Shown here: one piece after another, positions 47,816-58,240 of the stretch
Layout: each line of letters begins with the position of its first letter
How positions within the stretch are numbered: position 1 is the stretch's first letter
NCBI GenBank assembly: GCA_947311445.1
Contig: CAMZKV010000008.1
Coordinates: 5,145-69,144 of the forward strand
DNA from: an uncultured Chlorobiota bacterium
GTDB taxonomy: Bacteria > Bacteroidota > Bacteroidia > Bacteroidales > JAADGE01
Reading direction: 5' to 3'
DNA: 64,000 bases
Notes under the pieces: model-generated
Told to the model about the DNA's origin: nothing
What the model saw: the letters and a program-made list of their open reading frames with translations, nothing else
Database searches by the model: none
Translations under genes and position numbers: made by a program

Positions 47816-49066
47816 TTAAAGTTTGTTAATTTTTATAAATTTTTTTGACAAATTAATATCTTTTCCTGAAATACGCATTATATACATTCCCTGCTTAAGA
47901 AAACTAAGGTCTATTGGATTTTCAAATTTATTAAAAATTTGCCTTGTATTAAAAATAAGTTTTCCTCGAATTGAAAATATTTGCAAATTTAATATTTTAT
48001 TTGAGTTTATTGTAAGGACTAATTTGTTTAATACCGGATTATTATATTTAACTTCTAAATTTGAAAGTTTATTAACAGAAGAAGTGTTTTGGTCAACTTC
48101 CATTTCCATTGTAACAGGAAGATGGTCAGACATATTATAAATTGCATTTATTACATTTTCTGGAACGCCACTATTATTTGTTCCAAAATTTATAGCATCA
48201 TTATAATGATTGCCGTCTTGGGCAACAGTTGTATATGAATTTAAAACATATTGATAATGATTTGTTCCGTTTTTTATGTATTCGGACATCATTATAAAAT
48301 CAAACCTGTCGTCAAGTCCTCCTCCAACAGCACAATTTGTTGAAGAGTGTGATGATTGGGTGTGGTAATATCTTGAATTATAATTGTTATGCCAATTTCC
48401 GCTATGATTAACAGGATCATAAAGTTTATAGGGGCTGTTTGATGGATTTATTATGTTTTGATATGCCTCTTCATTTGAAGTATAAAGGTTAAAATCTCCA
48501 AGAAAAATATAATTTCCTGTTCCGGAATTAACCATATAACTCATTACATTTGCGGTTGCATTTGCTCTTTTGGTCTCATTATCTGCTCCTTCAGAAGCCT
48601 TAAGGTGTCCGGAAACAAAAGTTATTTCGGCATTGCCAAGATTTCCTGCATCTTTAAAGTGCATTTTGTAGGCATTTATTCTTCTTGGATCTGCCCAAAT
48701 GTTATCTTCACCGTCCAAAACAAATTTACGAGAATCATAATAAATCATATTTATTGTATATCCATTGCCATTTACATTTGCTCTTTGGTAATAATTTCTA
48801 CCATCTTGGTTTAGTGCGTTATCTAGCAAATAATCTGCATAATACGCATTGTTTTCTAATTCGTTTACACAAATAATGTCAGGTTCAAGGTATGAAATTA
48901 TTGTTTTCATGTACTCATTTTTATTGTCAACATTATTGTTTGAACTTGTGCAATCACCATAATAATTTCCGTAATTAAGCAAATTAAATTGCATAACTTT
49001 AAATGTTGTTTGCGAATTTGCAAATACAAAACTAAATATTAATATAATTAATAATTTTATCTTCAT
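47816..49066 (-). CDS. endonuclease/exonuclease/phosphatase (EEP) family protein with T9SS C-terminal sorting domain
   Basis: Signal peptide; EEP blocks VMQFNLLNYG, ICVNELEN, GDFNLY, SDHLPV. The C-terminal approx. 85 aa has the Por-tail pattern (YNNPV...LQIFSIRGK...QGMYIMRI...KKFIKINK). Confidence 0.72.
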   Translation of the reverse strand: MKIKLLIILIFSFVFANSQTTFKVMQFNLLNYGNYYGDCTSSNNNVDNKNEYMKTIISYLEPDIICVNELENNAYYADYLLDNALNQDGRNYYQRANVNGNGYTINMIYYDSRKFVLDGEDNIWADPRRINAYKMHFKDAGNLGNAEITFVSGHLKASEGADNETKRANATANVMSYMVNSGTGNYIFLGDFNLYTSNEEAYQNIINPSNSPYKLYDPVNHSGNWHNNYNSRYYHTQSSHSSTNCAVGGGLDDRFDFIMMSEYIKNGTNHYQYVLNSYTTVAQDGNHYNDAINFGTNNSGVPENVINAIYNMSDHLPVTMEMEVDQNTSSVNKLSNLEVKYNNPVLNKLVLTINSNKILNLQIFSIRGKLIFNTRQIFNKFENPIDLSFLKQGMYIMRISGKDINLSKKFIKINKL

Positions 49067-49067
49067 T

Positions 49068-52000
49068 TTAAGTTTTTTTTACTGAAATTCTTGATTTTAT
49101 TTCTTCTTCAATTTCAAGTTCACTTATATTTTCGCTTCTTAACTCTTCAACAATATTTATTTCTGTTGCCAAAACTTGTGATTTAATATATTCTTTATGA
49201 ATGTTTACTGCATCATTTATTTTTTCGTTATTTTTAATATCAATAATAATAGTGTCAGTAACTTCAAAACCGGAATCTTTTCTTATGTTTTGAACTTTGT
49301 TTACAATTTCTCTTGCAATTCCTTCAAGTTTTAGTTCTTCTGTAACAGTTGTATCCAAAGCAACAGTTAGCTGTCCTTTATTTACAGCTAATAAACCGGG
49401 AATATCTTCTGTTGTAATTTGAACTTCATCAATTGATAGTTCTACATCTTCACCTTCAAGATTTATAGTATATTTTCCATCTTTTTCAAAAGTTGAAATA
49501 TTTTCTTGTGTAAATCCCGAAAGTTCTTTTGCAATATTTTTGACTAATTTACCATATTTTTTCCCCATTACACGGAAATCTGGCTTTAAGTTTTTAACAA
49601 TTATTCCTTCTGCATCTTTTAGGTACTCAATTTCCTTAACGTTAATTTCTGATAATATTATGTCTTTAACTGCTTCAACTTTATTTTGGAAAGTGTTATC
49701 CAAAATAGGAATCATTATTTTTTGAAGTGGTTGCCTAACTTTCAACTTACTTTTTCTTCTTAAACTTAATGATAATGAAGAAATTTGTTGAGCAAGTTCC
49801 ATTCTTTCTTCTAATTCTTTATTTACCAAAGTGTTATCGTATTTTGGAAAACTTGAAATATGAACAGAATTTTTATCTTTTCCACTTACACTATTTAGGT
49901 CGGAATATAGTTGCTCTGCATAAAATGGTGCGATTGGTGACATAAGTTTTGCCACAGTTTCAAGGCAAGTATATAAAGTTTGATATGCGGAAATTTTATC
50001 ATTGTCATAATCTTGCCCCCAAAAACGTTTTCTGTTAAGACGAACATACCAGTTGCTTAGGTTGTCTCCCACAAAAGTTTGGATTAATCGCCCTGCATTT
50101 GTTGGCTCATAGCTATCCAACTCTGCCTCAACATCTTTTATAAGAGTATTTAATAATGAAATTATCCATTTATCAATTTCCAGTTTTTCATTATTAGGAA
50201 TTTCTTTTTCTTGAAAAGCAAAGCCGTCAAGATTTGCATAAAGAGCAAAAAATGAATATGTGTTATAAAGTGTACCAAAAAATTTGCGTTTTACTTCTTC
50301 AACTCCGGCAATATCAAAACGTAAATTATCCCAAGGTCTGGCATTTGTAATCATATACCACCGAATTGGGTCTGAACCGAATTTTTCAATGCTATCAAAT
50401 GGGTCAATTAATGTTTCCGGTTTTGATTTTGACATTTTATCTCCATTTTTGTCAAGAACCAAACCTGTTGATATAACATTTTTATATGCAACAGAATCAA
50501 AAAGCATTACAGCAATTGCGTGAAGTGTAAAAAACCAACCTCTTGTTTGGTCAACCCCTTCTGCAATAAAATCGGCAGGGTAAACTTTATTAAAATTTTC
50601 TTTATTTTCAAATGGGTAATGAACTTGTGCATAGGGCATTGCTCCCGAATCGAACCAAACATCAATAAGGTCATTTTCGCGTGTCATTTTTTTGCCTGAT
50701 GTCGAAACCAAAAATATTTTATCTACCCAATGTTTATGCAAATCAAATTTGTTGTAATTTTCTCTTGAAAAATCGCCGGGAATAAAATCTTTTAAAGGAT
50801 TTTCTTTCATAAAGCCGGCTTGCACAGCTTTTTCTGCTTCGTTTTTAAGTTCTTCCACAGAGCCTATACAAATTTCTTCTTTGCCATCATCAGTTCTCCA
50901 AATTGGAAGAGGTGTTCCCCAATATCGCGAACGTGATAAGTTCCAATCAATTAAGTTTTCTAACCATTTTCCAAAACGTCCTTCGCCAGTTGATTTTGGT
51001 TGCCAGTTTATAGTTTTATTTAGTTCTACCATTCTATCTTTCAGAGCGGTAGATTTTATAAACCAAGAATCCAAAGGGTAATAAAGTATTGGTTTATTTG
51101 TTCTCCAACAATGTGGGTATGAATGTTCGTGTTTTTCTGCTTTAAATAATAAGTTTTCTTGTTTTAATTTCACAACAATATCAACATCAATACTTGGTGT
51201 TTTTTCGTCAATTGTTTTATCGTATGAATTTTTCACAACTCTACCACTAAATTCACCTACGCCTTCAACAAATCTTCCTCTTTTATCAACCAAAGTTAAT
51301 GAACCAATTCCGTTTTGTTTTGCAACACGAAAATCGTCTGCTCCAAAACTTGGTGCTATATGAACTATTCCTGTACCATCAGTTGTTGTTACAAAGTCGC
51401 CTATAATTACCCGAAAAGCATCGCCATCTTTTGGTTGTTTATATGGCAGAAGTTGTTCATATCTTAGCCCTTCAATATCACTTCCTTTAAAAAAATCTCC
51501 TAATACTTTAAAAGGTATTTTCTTATCTCCTTTTTTATAATCAGAAAAATTTAATTCTGCATTTTTTTCAGGAAATAAAGATGACATTAAGTCTTTTGCC
51601 ATTATAAGCGTAACGGGTATTCCTGTGTAAGGATTGAAAGTTTTTATTTTAACATATTTAATGCCTTTCCCAACAGCAAGAGCTGTATTTGATAGCAATG
51701 TCCATGGGGTTGTTGTCCATGCAAGTATGTATAAATCAGTATCAACATCTTCAAATAAAAATTCGGATTTTTCGTTTTTTATTAATTTGAACTGTGCAAT
51801 ACCTGTTGTGTCTTTAACATCTTTGTATGCTCCGGGCATATTAAGTTCATGAGAGCTTAGTCCTGTTCCTGCTGCTGGTGAATATGGTTGAATTGTATAG
51901 CCTTTATAGAGCAAACCTTTGTTGTAGAATTGCTTAATTAACCACCAAAGCGTTTCCATATATTTGGTGTCATAGGTAATATAGGGGTTTTCCATATCTA

Positions 52001-52430
52001 CCCAATATCCCATTTTTTTTGTAATATCTTGCCAAGCATCGGTATAACGCATAACTTCTTTTTTGCAAGTTGCATTATATTCGTCTTCTGAAATTGTTTT
52101 TCCAATATCTTCTTTTGTAATTTCAAGAAGTTTTTCAACACCAAGTTCAACAGGTAAGCCATGTGTGTCCCAACCTGCTTTTCGTTCAACTTTATATCCT
52201 TGCAGGGTTTTATAACGGCAAAAAGTATCTTTTAAAGTTCTTGAAATAACGTGATGAATACCGGGCATTCCGTTTGCAGAGGGAGGTCCTTCATAAAAAA
52301 CATATTCTGTCTGACCTTCTCTTTCTGTTAAACTTTTTTCAAAAGTGTTTTCATTTTCCCATTTTTCAAGAATATCTTTATTTATTTTTGATAAATCTAA
52401 ACCTTTGTATATTGGAAATTTTTTGCTCAT
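49068..52430 (-). CDS. ileS: isoleucyl-tRNA synthetase (type 2)
   Basis: 1120 aa; HIGH-type PSANGMPGIHHV, KMSKS present, CP1 editing domain blocks. Confidence 0.95.
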   Translation of the reverse strand: MSKKFPIYKGLDLSKINKDILEKWENENTFEKSLTEREGQTEYVFYEGPPSANGMPGIHHVISRTLKDTFCRYKTLQGYKVERKAGWDTHGLPVELGVEKLLEITKEDIGKTISEDEYNATCKKEVMRYTDAWQDITKKMGYWVDMENPYITYDTKYMETLWWLIKQFYNKGLLYKGYTIQPYSPAAGTGLSSHELNMPGAYKDVKDTTGIAQFKLIKNEKSEFLFEDVDTDLYILAWTTTPWTLLSNTALAVGKGIKYVKIKTFNPYTGIPVTLIMAKDLMSSLFPEKNAELNFSDYKKGDKKIPFKVLGDFFKGSDIEGLRYEQLLPYKQPKDGDAFRVIIGDFVTTTDGTGIVHIAPSFGADDFRVAKQNGIGSLTLVDKRGRFVEGVGEFSGRVVKNSYDKTIDEKTPSIDVDIVVKLKQENLLFKAEKHEHSYPHCWRTNKPILYYPLDSWFIKSTALKDRMVELNKTINWQPKSTGEGRFGKWLENLIDWNLSRSRYWGTPLPIWRTDDGKEEICIGSVEELKNEAEKAVQAGFMKENPLKDFIPGDFSRENYNKFDLHKHWVDKIFLVSTSGKKMTRENDLIDVWFDSGAMPYAQVHYPFENKENFNKVYPADFIAEGVDQTRGWFFTLHAIAVMLFDSVAYKNVISTGLVLDKNGDKMSKSKPETLIDPFDSIEKFGSDPIRWYMITNARPWDNLRFDIAGVEEVKRKFFGTLYNTYSFFALYANLDGFAFQEKEIPNNEKLEIDKWIISLLNTLIKDVEAELDSYEPTNAGRLIQTFVGDNLSNWYVRLNRKRFWGQDYDNDKISAYQTLYTCLETVAKLMSPIAPFYAEQLYSDLNSVSGKDKNSVHISSFPKYDNTLVNKELEERMELAQQISSLSLSLRRKSKLKVRQPLQKIMIPILDNTFQNKVEAVKDIILSEINVKEIEYLKDAEGIIVKNLKPDFRVMGKKYGKLVKNIAKELSGFTQENISTFEKDGKYTINLEGEDVELSIDEVQITTEDIPGLLAVNKGQLTVALDTTVTEELKLEGIAREIVNKVQNIRKDSGFEVTDTIIIDIKNNEKINDAVNIHKEYIKSQVLATEINIVEELRSENISELEIEEEIKSRISVKKT

Positions 52431-52631
52431 ATAATAATATTTTTTTCTTATCTCAAAATTTTGAATTTTGCAAATATAATTTTTTTTTAGGATATATTAT
52501 TCTGCTGTAAAAAAAATAGATAAGTGTTGTGGTGTTTGCAAAAAAAACTAATAAGTTTTAGATAAAAGAAAAAAAGAGTTTTAACTCCAAATAATTAAAA
52601 TATGTATATATTTGGGGTTTTAAATGGAAAT

Positions 52632-53075
52632 ATGATATCAAATACTTGTAAATACGGAATACGTGCAATTTTATATATTGCTGTAAACTCTGACGGAGAA
52701 AAGAAAATTGGAATAAAAAAAATTTCAGAAGACTTAAACTTACCGGGACCATTTTTAGGAAAAATAATGCAAACTCTTGCTAAGAATAAAATATTAAATT
52801 CTGTTAAAGGACCTCATGGGGGGTTTAGTTTGGCAAAAGCACCGGAAAAAATTTCCTTGTATGATATTGTTAAGATAATTGATGGAGATGATGTTTTTCA
52901 TGAGTGTCTTATTGGTGTTAAAATTTGTGAAAACAATCCAGAATATACTAACCTATGTCCTTTTATGGAAAAATCTCATAAAGTAAGAGAGATGTTGGAA
53001 AAAACATTTAAAGAGCAAACAATAGGGGAGTTTGCAAAAGGGATTAATAGTCTTGATGAGTTTTTACAAATTTAG
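52632..53075 (+). CDS. Rrf2 family transcriptional regulator
   Basis: MISNTCKYGIRAILYIA... wHTH start typical of Rrf2; Cys residues (HECLIGVKICE...LCPF) may ligate a cluster. The start is set at 52632 rather than 52602. Confidence 0.78.
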   Translation: MISNTCKYGIRAILYIAVNSDGEKKIGIKKISEDLNLPGPFLGKIMQTLAKNKILNSVKGPHGGFSLAKAPEKISLYDIVKIIDGDDVFHECLIGVKICENNPEYTNLCPFMEKSHKVREMLEKTFKEQTIGEFAKGINSLDEFLQI

Positions 53076-53454
53076 ATATTCTATAAAATAAAAAAGTTCC
53101 AAATATAACACCAAGAATATTGGCAAGTAAATCAAACCAACTGCCAGAACGACCCAAAATAAAAAATTCTTGAATAATTTCTAGAAAACCACTCCAAACT
53201 ATTAATAAGATAACTACCCGAAAGATAAATGGTCTTGTCGGGTTTTTTATTTTAATTTTGATGTCGAGAAACAAAACAAATGTTAACGAAAAATACATTA
53301 AAAAATGAATAACTTTATCAAAATATGGTAGATTGAGAAAGTGAATTTTTGCTGTTGAGTTAGCAGGCAAAAGACTTAATAATAAAACTAGAATAAAAAT
53401 AATTGTTGATTTATAATATTTTAAAAAAACCATATGTCCGGAATTTATATTCAT
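53044..53454 (-). CDS. VanZ family membrane protein
   Basis: Four TM helices; FDKVIHFLMYF and SWFDLLANILGVIFG blocks. The alternative start at 53433 would abut the hemW ATG. Confidence 0.62.
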   Translation of the reverse strand: MNINSGHMVFLKYYKSTIIFILVLLLSLLPANSTAKIHFLNLPYFDKVIHFLMYFSLTFVLFLDIKIKIKNPTRPFIFRVVILLIVWSGFLEIIQEFFILGRSGSWFDLLANILGVIFGTFLFYRISKFVKTHQDY

Positions 53455-54561
53455 ATTCCATTTTGTGCAAAGAAATGTTTTTACTGCGATTTCTATACAA
53501 CTTTATCTTTAAAACATAAAAAAGATTATTTAATTGCATTAAGCCAAGAGATAAAATTAAGACAAAATTATATTGAAAATAAAGAAATTGAAACAATATA
53601 TTTTGGAGGAGGAACACCTAGCCTAATTAAGCCTTCAGAAATACAAAGCCTCATTTATGAAATTATAAAAACATTTAATGTAAAAAACAATGCAGAAATA
53701 ACCCTCGAAGTTAACCCTGATGATATTAATTTAGAGTATGTAAAAGCATTAAAAAACACAGACATAAATAGGATAAGCATTGGCTTACAATCTTTTTCAA
53801 ATGAAGATTTAAAGTTAATGAACCGAAGGCATCAATCAGAAGAAAATAACAAAGCCGTAAAATTGCTTCAAAATCAAGGATATACAAATTTAAGTGGAGA
53901 CTTAATTTACGGTTTGCCAAAGATGAATATTGAAAATTGGAAAAATAATCTTGAAAAATTCTTTGATTTAAACATTCCTCATTTATCTGCCTATCACTTA
54001 ACATATGAATCCAATACGGCTTTTAGTAAATTTCTTAAAAAAGGAAAAATAAAAGAAGTTTCGGAAGATGAAAGTATTCAACAATTTGAATTATTAATTT
54101 CAGAAGCAGAAAAACATAATTTTGTTCATTACGAAACATCAAATTTTGCGAAAGAAGGACAGTATTCAAAACATAATTCAGCATATTGGAAACAAACACA
54201 CTACATTGGAATAGGGGCTTCTGCACATTCATACAATGGAAATTCAAGACAGTTTAATTTTTCAAACATTTCTGACTATATTAAAAAGGTAAGGGAAGGT
54301 AAATGCTATTTTGAAAAAGAAAATTTAAGTATAACAGACCAATATAATGATTATATAATTACATCATTAAGAACAATGTGGGGGCTTGATTTAATATATT
54401 TAAAAGAAAAATTCCCAAGAAAATATTATGATTTTATAATTGAAAAGTTGGAGAAATTAGTATTCCGAAAATTAGTAATTAAAGAAAATGAAATTCTTAA
54501 AATTACAGCAAATGGAAAGTTTATTGAAGACAGTATTTTATTGGAATTGTTTTTTGAATAG
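53434..54561 (+). CDS. hemW: radical SAM heme chaperone HemW (HemN-like)
   Basis: IYIHIPFCAKKCFYCDF CxxxCxxC motif, GGGTPS, and HemN C-terminal domain. Confidence 0.85.
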   Translation: MSGIYIHIPFCAKKCFYCDFYTTLSLKHKKDYLIALSQEIKLRQNYIENKEIETIYFGGGTPSLIKPSEIQSLIYEIIKTFNVKNNAEITLEVNPDDINLEYVKALKNTDINRISIGLQSFSNEDLKLMNRRHQSEENNKAVKLLQNQGYTNLSGDLIYGLPKMNIENWKNNLEKFFDLNIPHLSAYHLTYESNTAFSKFLKKGKIKEVSEDESIQQFELLISEAEKHNFVHYETSNFAKEGQYSKHNSAYWKQTHYIGIGASAHSYNGNSRQFNFSNISDYIKKVREGKCYFEKENLSITDQYNDYIITSLRTMWGLDLIYLKEKFPRKYYDFIIEKLEKLVFRKLVIKENEILKITANGKFIEDSILLELFFE

Positions 54562-54627
54562 AAAAATATTAAAAAAAGACCTTTATAATTATTCTTTACG
54601 TTATTTTTGCATTTTTAAAATTAAATA

Positions 54628-56406
54628 ATGTCAAATTTAAAAAGAACAATAAACTTTTACATTTTAAAAACAAGCCGATTATCCAGTAGAAACCTTTTGC
54701 TAATACTTAGCCTGCTTACCGGTTTAGTTTCTGGAAGTTTGGCCTTGCTATTAAAAAACGGAGTATATTTTTTGCGGAATATATTAGTTGACGAAAGCAA
54801 GTTCGATATAAAAAATTATTTTTTTTTAATTTATCCGATTATTGGAATAACATTAACTGTACTTTTGAAAAAATATGTCATAAAAGATATGACAAATCAC
54901 AATATTACTGCCATTTTGGATGCAATAGCAAAAAGAGGCAGCAAAATGAAAGCACATAAAATATTTTCTTCCTTAACCGGAGGAATGTTAACAGCAGGGT
55001 TTGGAGGATCAATTGGTTTAGAGTCTCCAATTATTTCAACAGGAGCAGCACTAGGCTCTCGTTTGGGTGTTTTGTTTAAAGCTGACTATAAAACGGTAAC
55101 ACTACTTATTGCCTGTGGTTCGGCAGGAGCAATAGCTGCAATTTTTAATACGCCCATTGCCGGAGTAATATTTGCTCTTGAAGTTTTGCTTATAGATTTT
55201 AGCAGATTTTCATTAATTCCTTTACTTGTTGCATCTGTTAGCGGAGCAATAATTCCTCGTGTTTTTTCAAATCCTGAAGTATTATTTAATATTGATGTTC
55301 TTGATAAGTTTAACTTGTCAGATATACCTTTTTTTATATTATTTGGAATAATTTCAGGAGCTCTATCATATTATTTCACAGACATTTTCTTTTTCATAAA
55401 AAAAAGATTTCTTAAAATAAAAAAAAACAAAAACCGACTATTGGTCGGAAGTGTTTTGTTAGGAGTTTTAATTTTTATTTTCCCTCCTTTATTTGGTGAG
55501 GGTTTTAATACCATACGACTAATACTTTCAGGAAATGTTTATAGAATTATAGATAATTCAATCTTTCATTCTATTGATAGAAATGCTTTCGTTTTGATTG
55601 TTTTTTTTCTTTTTTTGGTTATAACTAAAGTTTTTGCCGTAGGAATAACTATAGGTTCAGGTGGAGTAGGAGGGATTTTTGCTCCATCATTATTTATGGG
55701 AGCTGCTTTCGGCTTTATTTTTGCCCATACAATAAATGTTTTTGATATCGGAATACATCTTTCGGAAAGAAACTTTGCTTTTGTTGGTATGGCTGCAATG
55801 TTGGGAGGAATATTACAAGCACCACTAACAGGAATTTTTATGATTATAGAAATAACGGTTGGTTATGAGCTTATTGTTCCTCTTATGTTAACAACTACTG
55901 TTAGTTATATAATATCAAAATCTTTGGAGCCAAATTCAATCTTCACAAAAGAATTAGCGATGGAGGGAAGTTTAATAACACATAATAAAGATGATGCTGT
56001 TCTGAATTTTATGGAACTTAACAATATTATAGAAAGTGATTTTGTTGAAATTCATCCGGAAGATAGTTTGCGTGAAATTATAAAAGCTGTTTCTAAATCT
56101 AAAAGAAATATTTTCCCTGTAATTGATAGTGAAAAAAAACTTTTTGGGATTTTGCTTTTAGACGATATTAGAGAAATTATGTTCAATAAAGAGTATTATG
56201 ACAACACTTATGCACATGATTTAATGCAAATACCGCCAGCAGTTATAAAGAAAACAGATAAAATGAAATCTGTTATAAATAAGTTTAATAAAACAAATTC
56301 TTGGAATTTACCTGTAATAGAATACGGAAAATATATAGGTTTTGTATCAAAATCAAGAATGTTTAATGAGTACAGAAAACATTTAGTAAATATTTCACAT
56401 GAATAA
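54628..56406 (+). CDS. ClC family chloride channel/antiporter with C-terminal CBS pair
   Basis: GFGGSIGLESP (gating Glu present), GVIFALE, GGIFAPS, then two CBS-like repeats. Confidence 0.85.
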   Translation: MSNLKRTINFYILKTSRLSSRNLLLILSLLTGLVSGSLALLLKNGVYFLRNILVDESKFDIKNYFFLIYPIIGITLTVLLKKYVIKDMTNHNITAILDAIAKRGSKMKAHKIFSSLTGGMLTAGFGGSIGLESPIISTGAALGSRLGVLFKADYKTVTLLIACGSAGAIAAIFNTPIAGVIFALEVLLIDFSRFSLIPLLVASVSGAIIPRVFSNPEVLFNIDVLDKFNLSDIPFFILFGIISGALSYYFTDIFFFIKKRFLKIKKNKNRLLVGSVLLGVLIFIFPPLFGEGFNTIRLILSGNVYRIIDNSIFHSIDRNAFVLIVFFLFLVITKVFAVGITIGSGGVGGIFAPSLFMGAAFGFIFAHTINVFDIGIHLSERNFAFVGMAAMLGGILQAPLTGIFMIIEITVGYELIVPLMLTTTVSYIISKSLEPNSIFTKELAMEGSLITHNKDDAVLNFMELNNIIESDFVEIHPEDSLREIIKAVSKSKRNIFPVIDSEKKLFGILLLDDIREIMFNKEYYDNTYAHDLMQIPPAVIKKTDKMKSVINKFNKTNSWNLPVIEYGKYIGFVSKSRMFNEYRKHLVNISHE

Positions 56407-58222
56407 ATTAAATATAAAAATAGAAGTATCTAATCTGTTTTCTAAAAGAAAGTTGCATTATTATTCATTTAAATTACTAAAATGGAGAATTAAACATTTA
56501 CCAGATAAACAATTTATTATGATTTTGTCGGTAGTTGTTGGATTGTTATCCGGAATAACTGCATTTTTAATTAAGGGAGCAGTACATTTAATTCAATTAC
56601 TTTTAAAGAGTCCTTTTTTTGAAGACACACGTTATTTTCTCTACATTATTTTTCCTGCCATAGGAATTTTTTTAACAGTAATTTTTATTAAATATCTTAT
56701 TAAAAAGAAAGTTGAACATGGCATTCCCGGAGTGCTTTATGCTATTTCAAAAAAACATGGTTTTATAAAAACTCACAATCTTTTTTCATCAATTATTACA
56801 AGTGCTTTTACTGTTGGATTTGGTGGCTCTGTTGGACTAGAAGGTCCTACGGTTGCAACAGGAGCGGCATACGGTTCCGGGCTTGGCAAAATATTCCATT
56901 TAAGTTACAAACAAAGAATTTTATTGCTTGGAGCAGCTGCGGCAGGAGCAATGTCTGCAATTTTTAAGGCTCCATTGGCAGGTGTTGTTTTCGCATTGGA
57001 AGTGATAATGATTGATCTTACTATATACACAGTAACACCTATTTTAATTTCCTCTGTAACAGGAGCTTTAACATCTTATTTTCTTTTTGGCTTGGGAGTA
57101 ATATATCCTTTTGAGTTAAAAACTGCTTTTATAATGAGTGATTTGCCTTATTATATAATTTTGGGTATTTTAACAGGTCTAATTGCTGCATATTTTACAA
57201 AAATATACATATTTATAGAAAAACAATTTTCCAAAATTAAAAGAAACTATTTAAAATTATTTGTAGGAGCAATTATGCTTGGTGTCTTAATTTACTTTTT
57301 CCCGTTTTTTTATGGCGAAGGTTACGAAGTAACGAATACTGCATTGCATGGTAGCTATTCCTATCTTCACGACAATCATATTTTTGGCAGCTTTTCAGAT
57401 AGCCAATTTGTTATATTAATTTTATTTCTTGTAATTATTTTTTTTAAGGTTGTTGCGACATCAATAACATTTGGAGCCGGAGGTATTGGCGGCATTTTTG
57501 CACCAACACTTTTTACGGGTGCAAACATAGGTTTGTTTTTTACTTTTCTAATGAGCATGATTGGAGTTAATTCTCTATCAAAAGAAAATTTTGCAATGGT
57601 TGGTATGGCAGGAATGATTGCCGGAGTTTTACACGCTCCTCTTACAGCAATTTTTTTAATTGGGGATTTAACAGGCGGATACGGGCTTTTTATTCCGCTT
57701 ATGGTTGTTTCTACAATATCTTTTGCAACTGTTAGAATATTTCATAAAAACTCTGTTTACACGATACAACTTGCAAAAAGAGGAGAATTAATGACTCATC
57801 ACAAAGACAAAAATGTTCTGTCTATGATGAAAATTAATAAACTTATTGAAAAAAACTTTTACATTTTACAACCGGAGAGTACTTTAAAGGAAATAAAAGA
57901 CGCGTTTATAAAATCTGAAAGAAATATTTTTCCAGTTGTTGATGAAGATACTAATTTTTTGGGAATAATAACTATTGCAAACCTTAAAGATGTTATTTTT
58001 AATGAAGAAAAATATGAAACTATTTTTGCGAGTAATTTAATGTTTAAACCTTTAACTCATATTGAATTGTCTGACAATATGGAGGATATTGCACAAAAAA
58101 TTCAAAAAAGCGGATTATTTAATGTTGTTGTTTTAAATAAAGGGAAGTATGTAGGCTTTGTATCAAGAGCAAATGTGTTTTCTTCATACAGACGTTTGTT
58201 AAAACGTTTTTCCGATTACTAA
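56399..58222 (+). CDS. ClC family chloride channel/antiporter with C-terminal CBS pair (tandem paralogue)
   Basis: GFGGSVGLEGP, GVVFALE, GGIFAPT, then a CBS pair. The start overlaps the upstream stop (ATGAATAA). Confidence 0.85.
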   Translation: MNKLNIKIEVSNLFSKRKLHYYSFKLLKWRIKHLPDKQFIMILSVVVGLLSGITAFLIKGAVHLIQLLLKSPFFEDTRYFLYIIFPAIGIFLTVIFIKYLIKKKVEHGIPGVLYAISKKHGFIKTHNLFSSIITSAFTVGFGGSVGLEGPTVATGAAYGSGLGKIFHLSYKQRILLLGAAAAGAMSAIFKAPLAGVVFALEVIMIDLTIYTVTPILISSVTGALTSYFLFGLGVIYPFELKTAFIMSDLPYYIILGILTGLIAAYFTKIYIFIEKQFSKIKRNYLKLFVGAIMLGVLIYFFPFFYGEGYEVTNTALHGSYSYLHDNHIFGSFSDSQFVILILFLVIIFFKVVATSITFGAGGIGGIFAPTLFTGANIGLFFTFLMSMIGVNSLSKENFAMVGMAGMIAGVLHAPLTAIFLIGDLTGGYGLFIPLMVVSTISFATVRIFHKNSVYTIQLAKRGELMTHHKDKNVLSMMKINKLIEKNFYILQPESTLKEIKDAFIKSERNIFPVVDEDTNFLGIITIANLKDVIFNEEKYETIFASNLMFKPLTHIELSDNMEDIAQKIQKSGLFNVVVLNKGKYVGFVSRANVFSSYRRLLKRFSDY

Positions 58223-58240
58223 ACCCAATATAAAATATGT

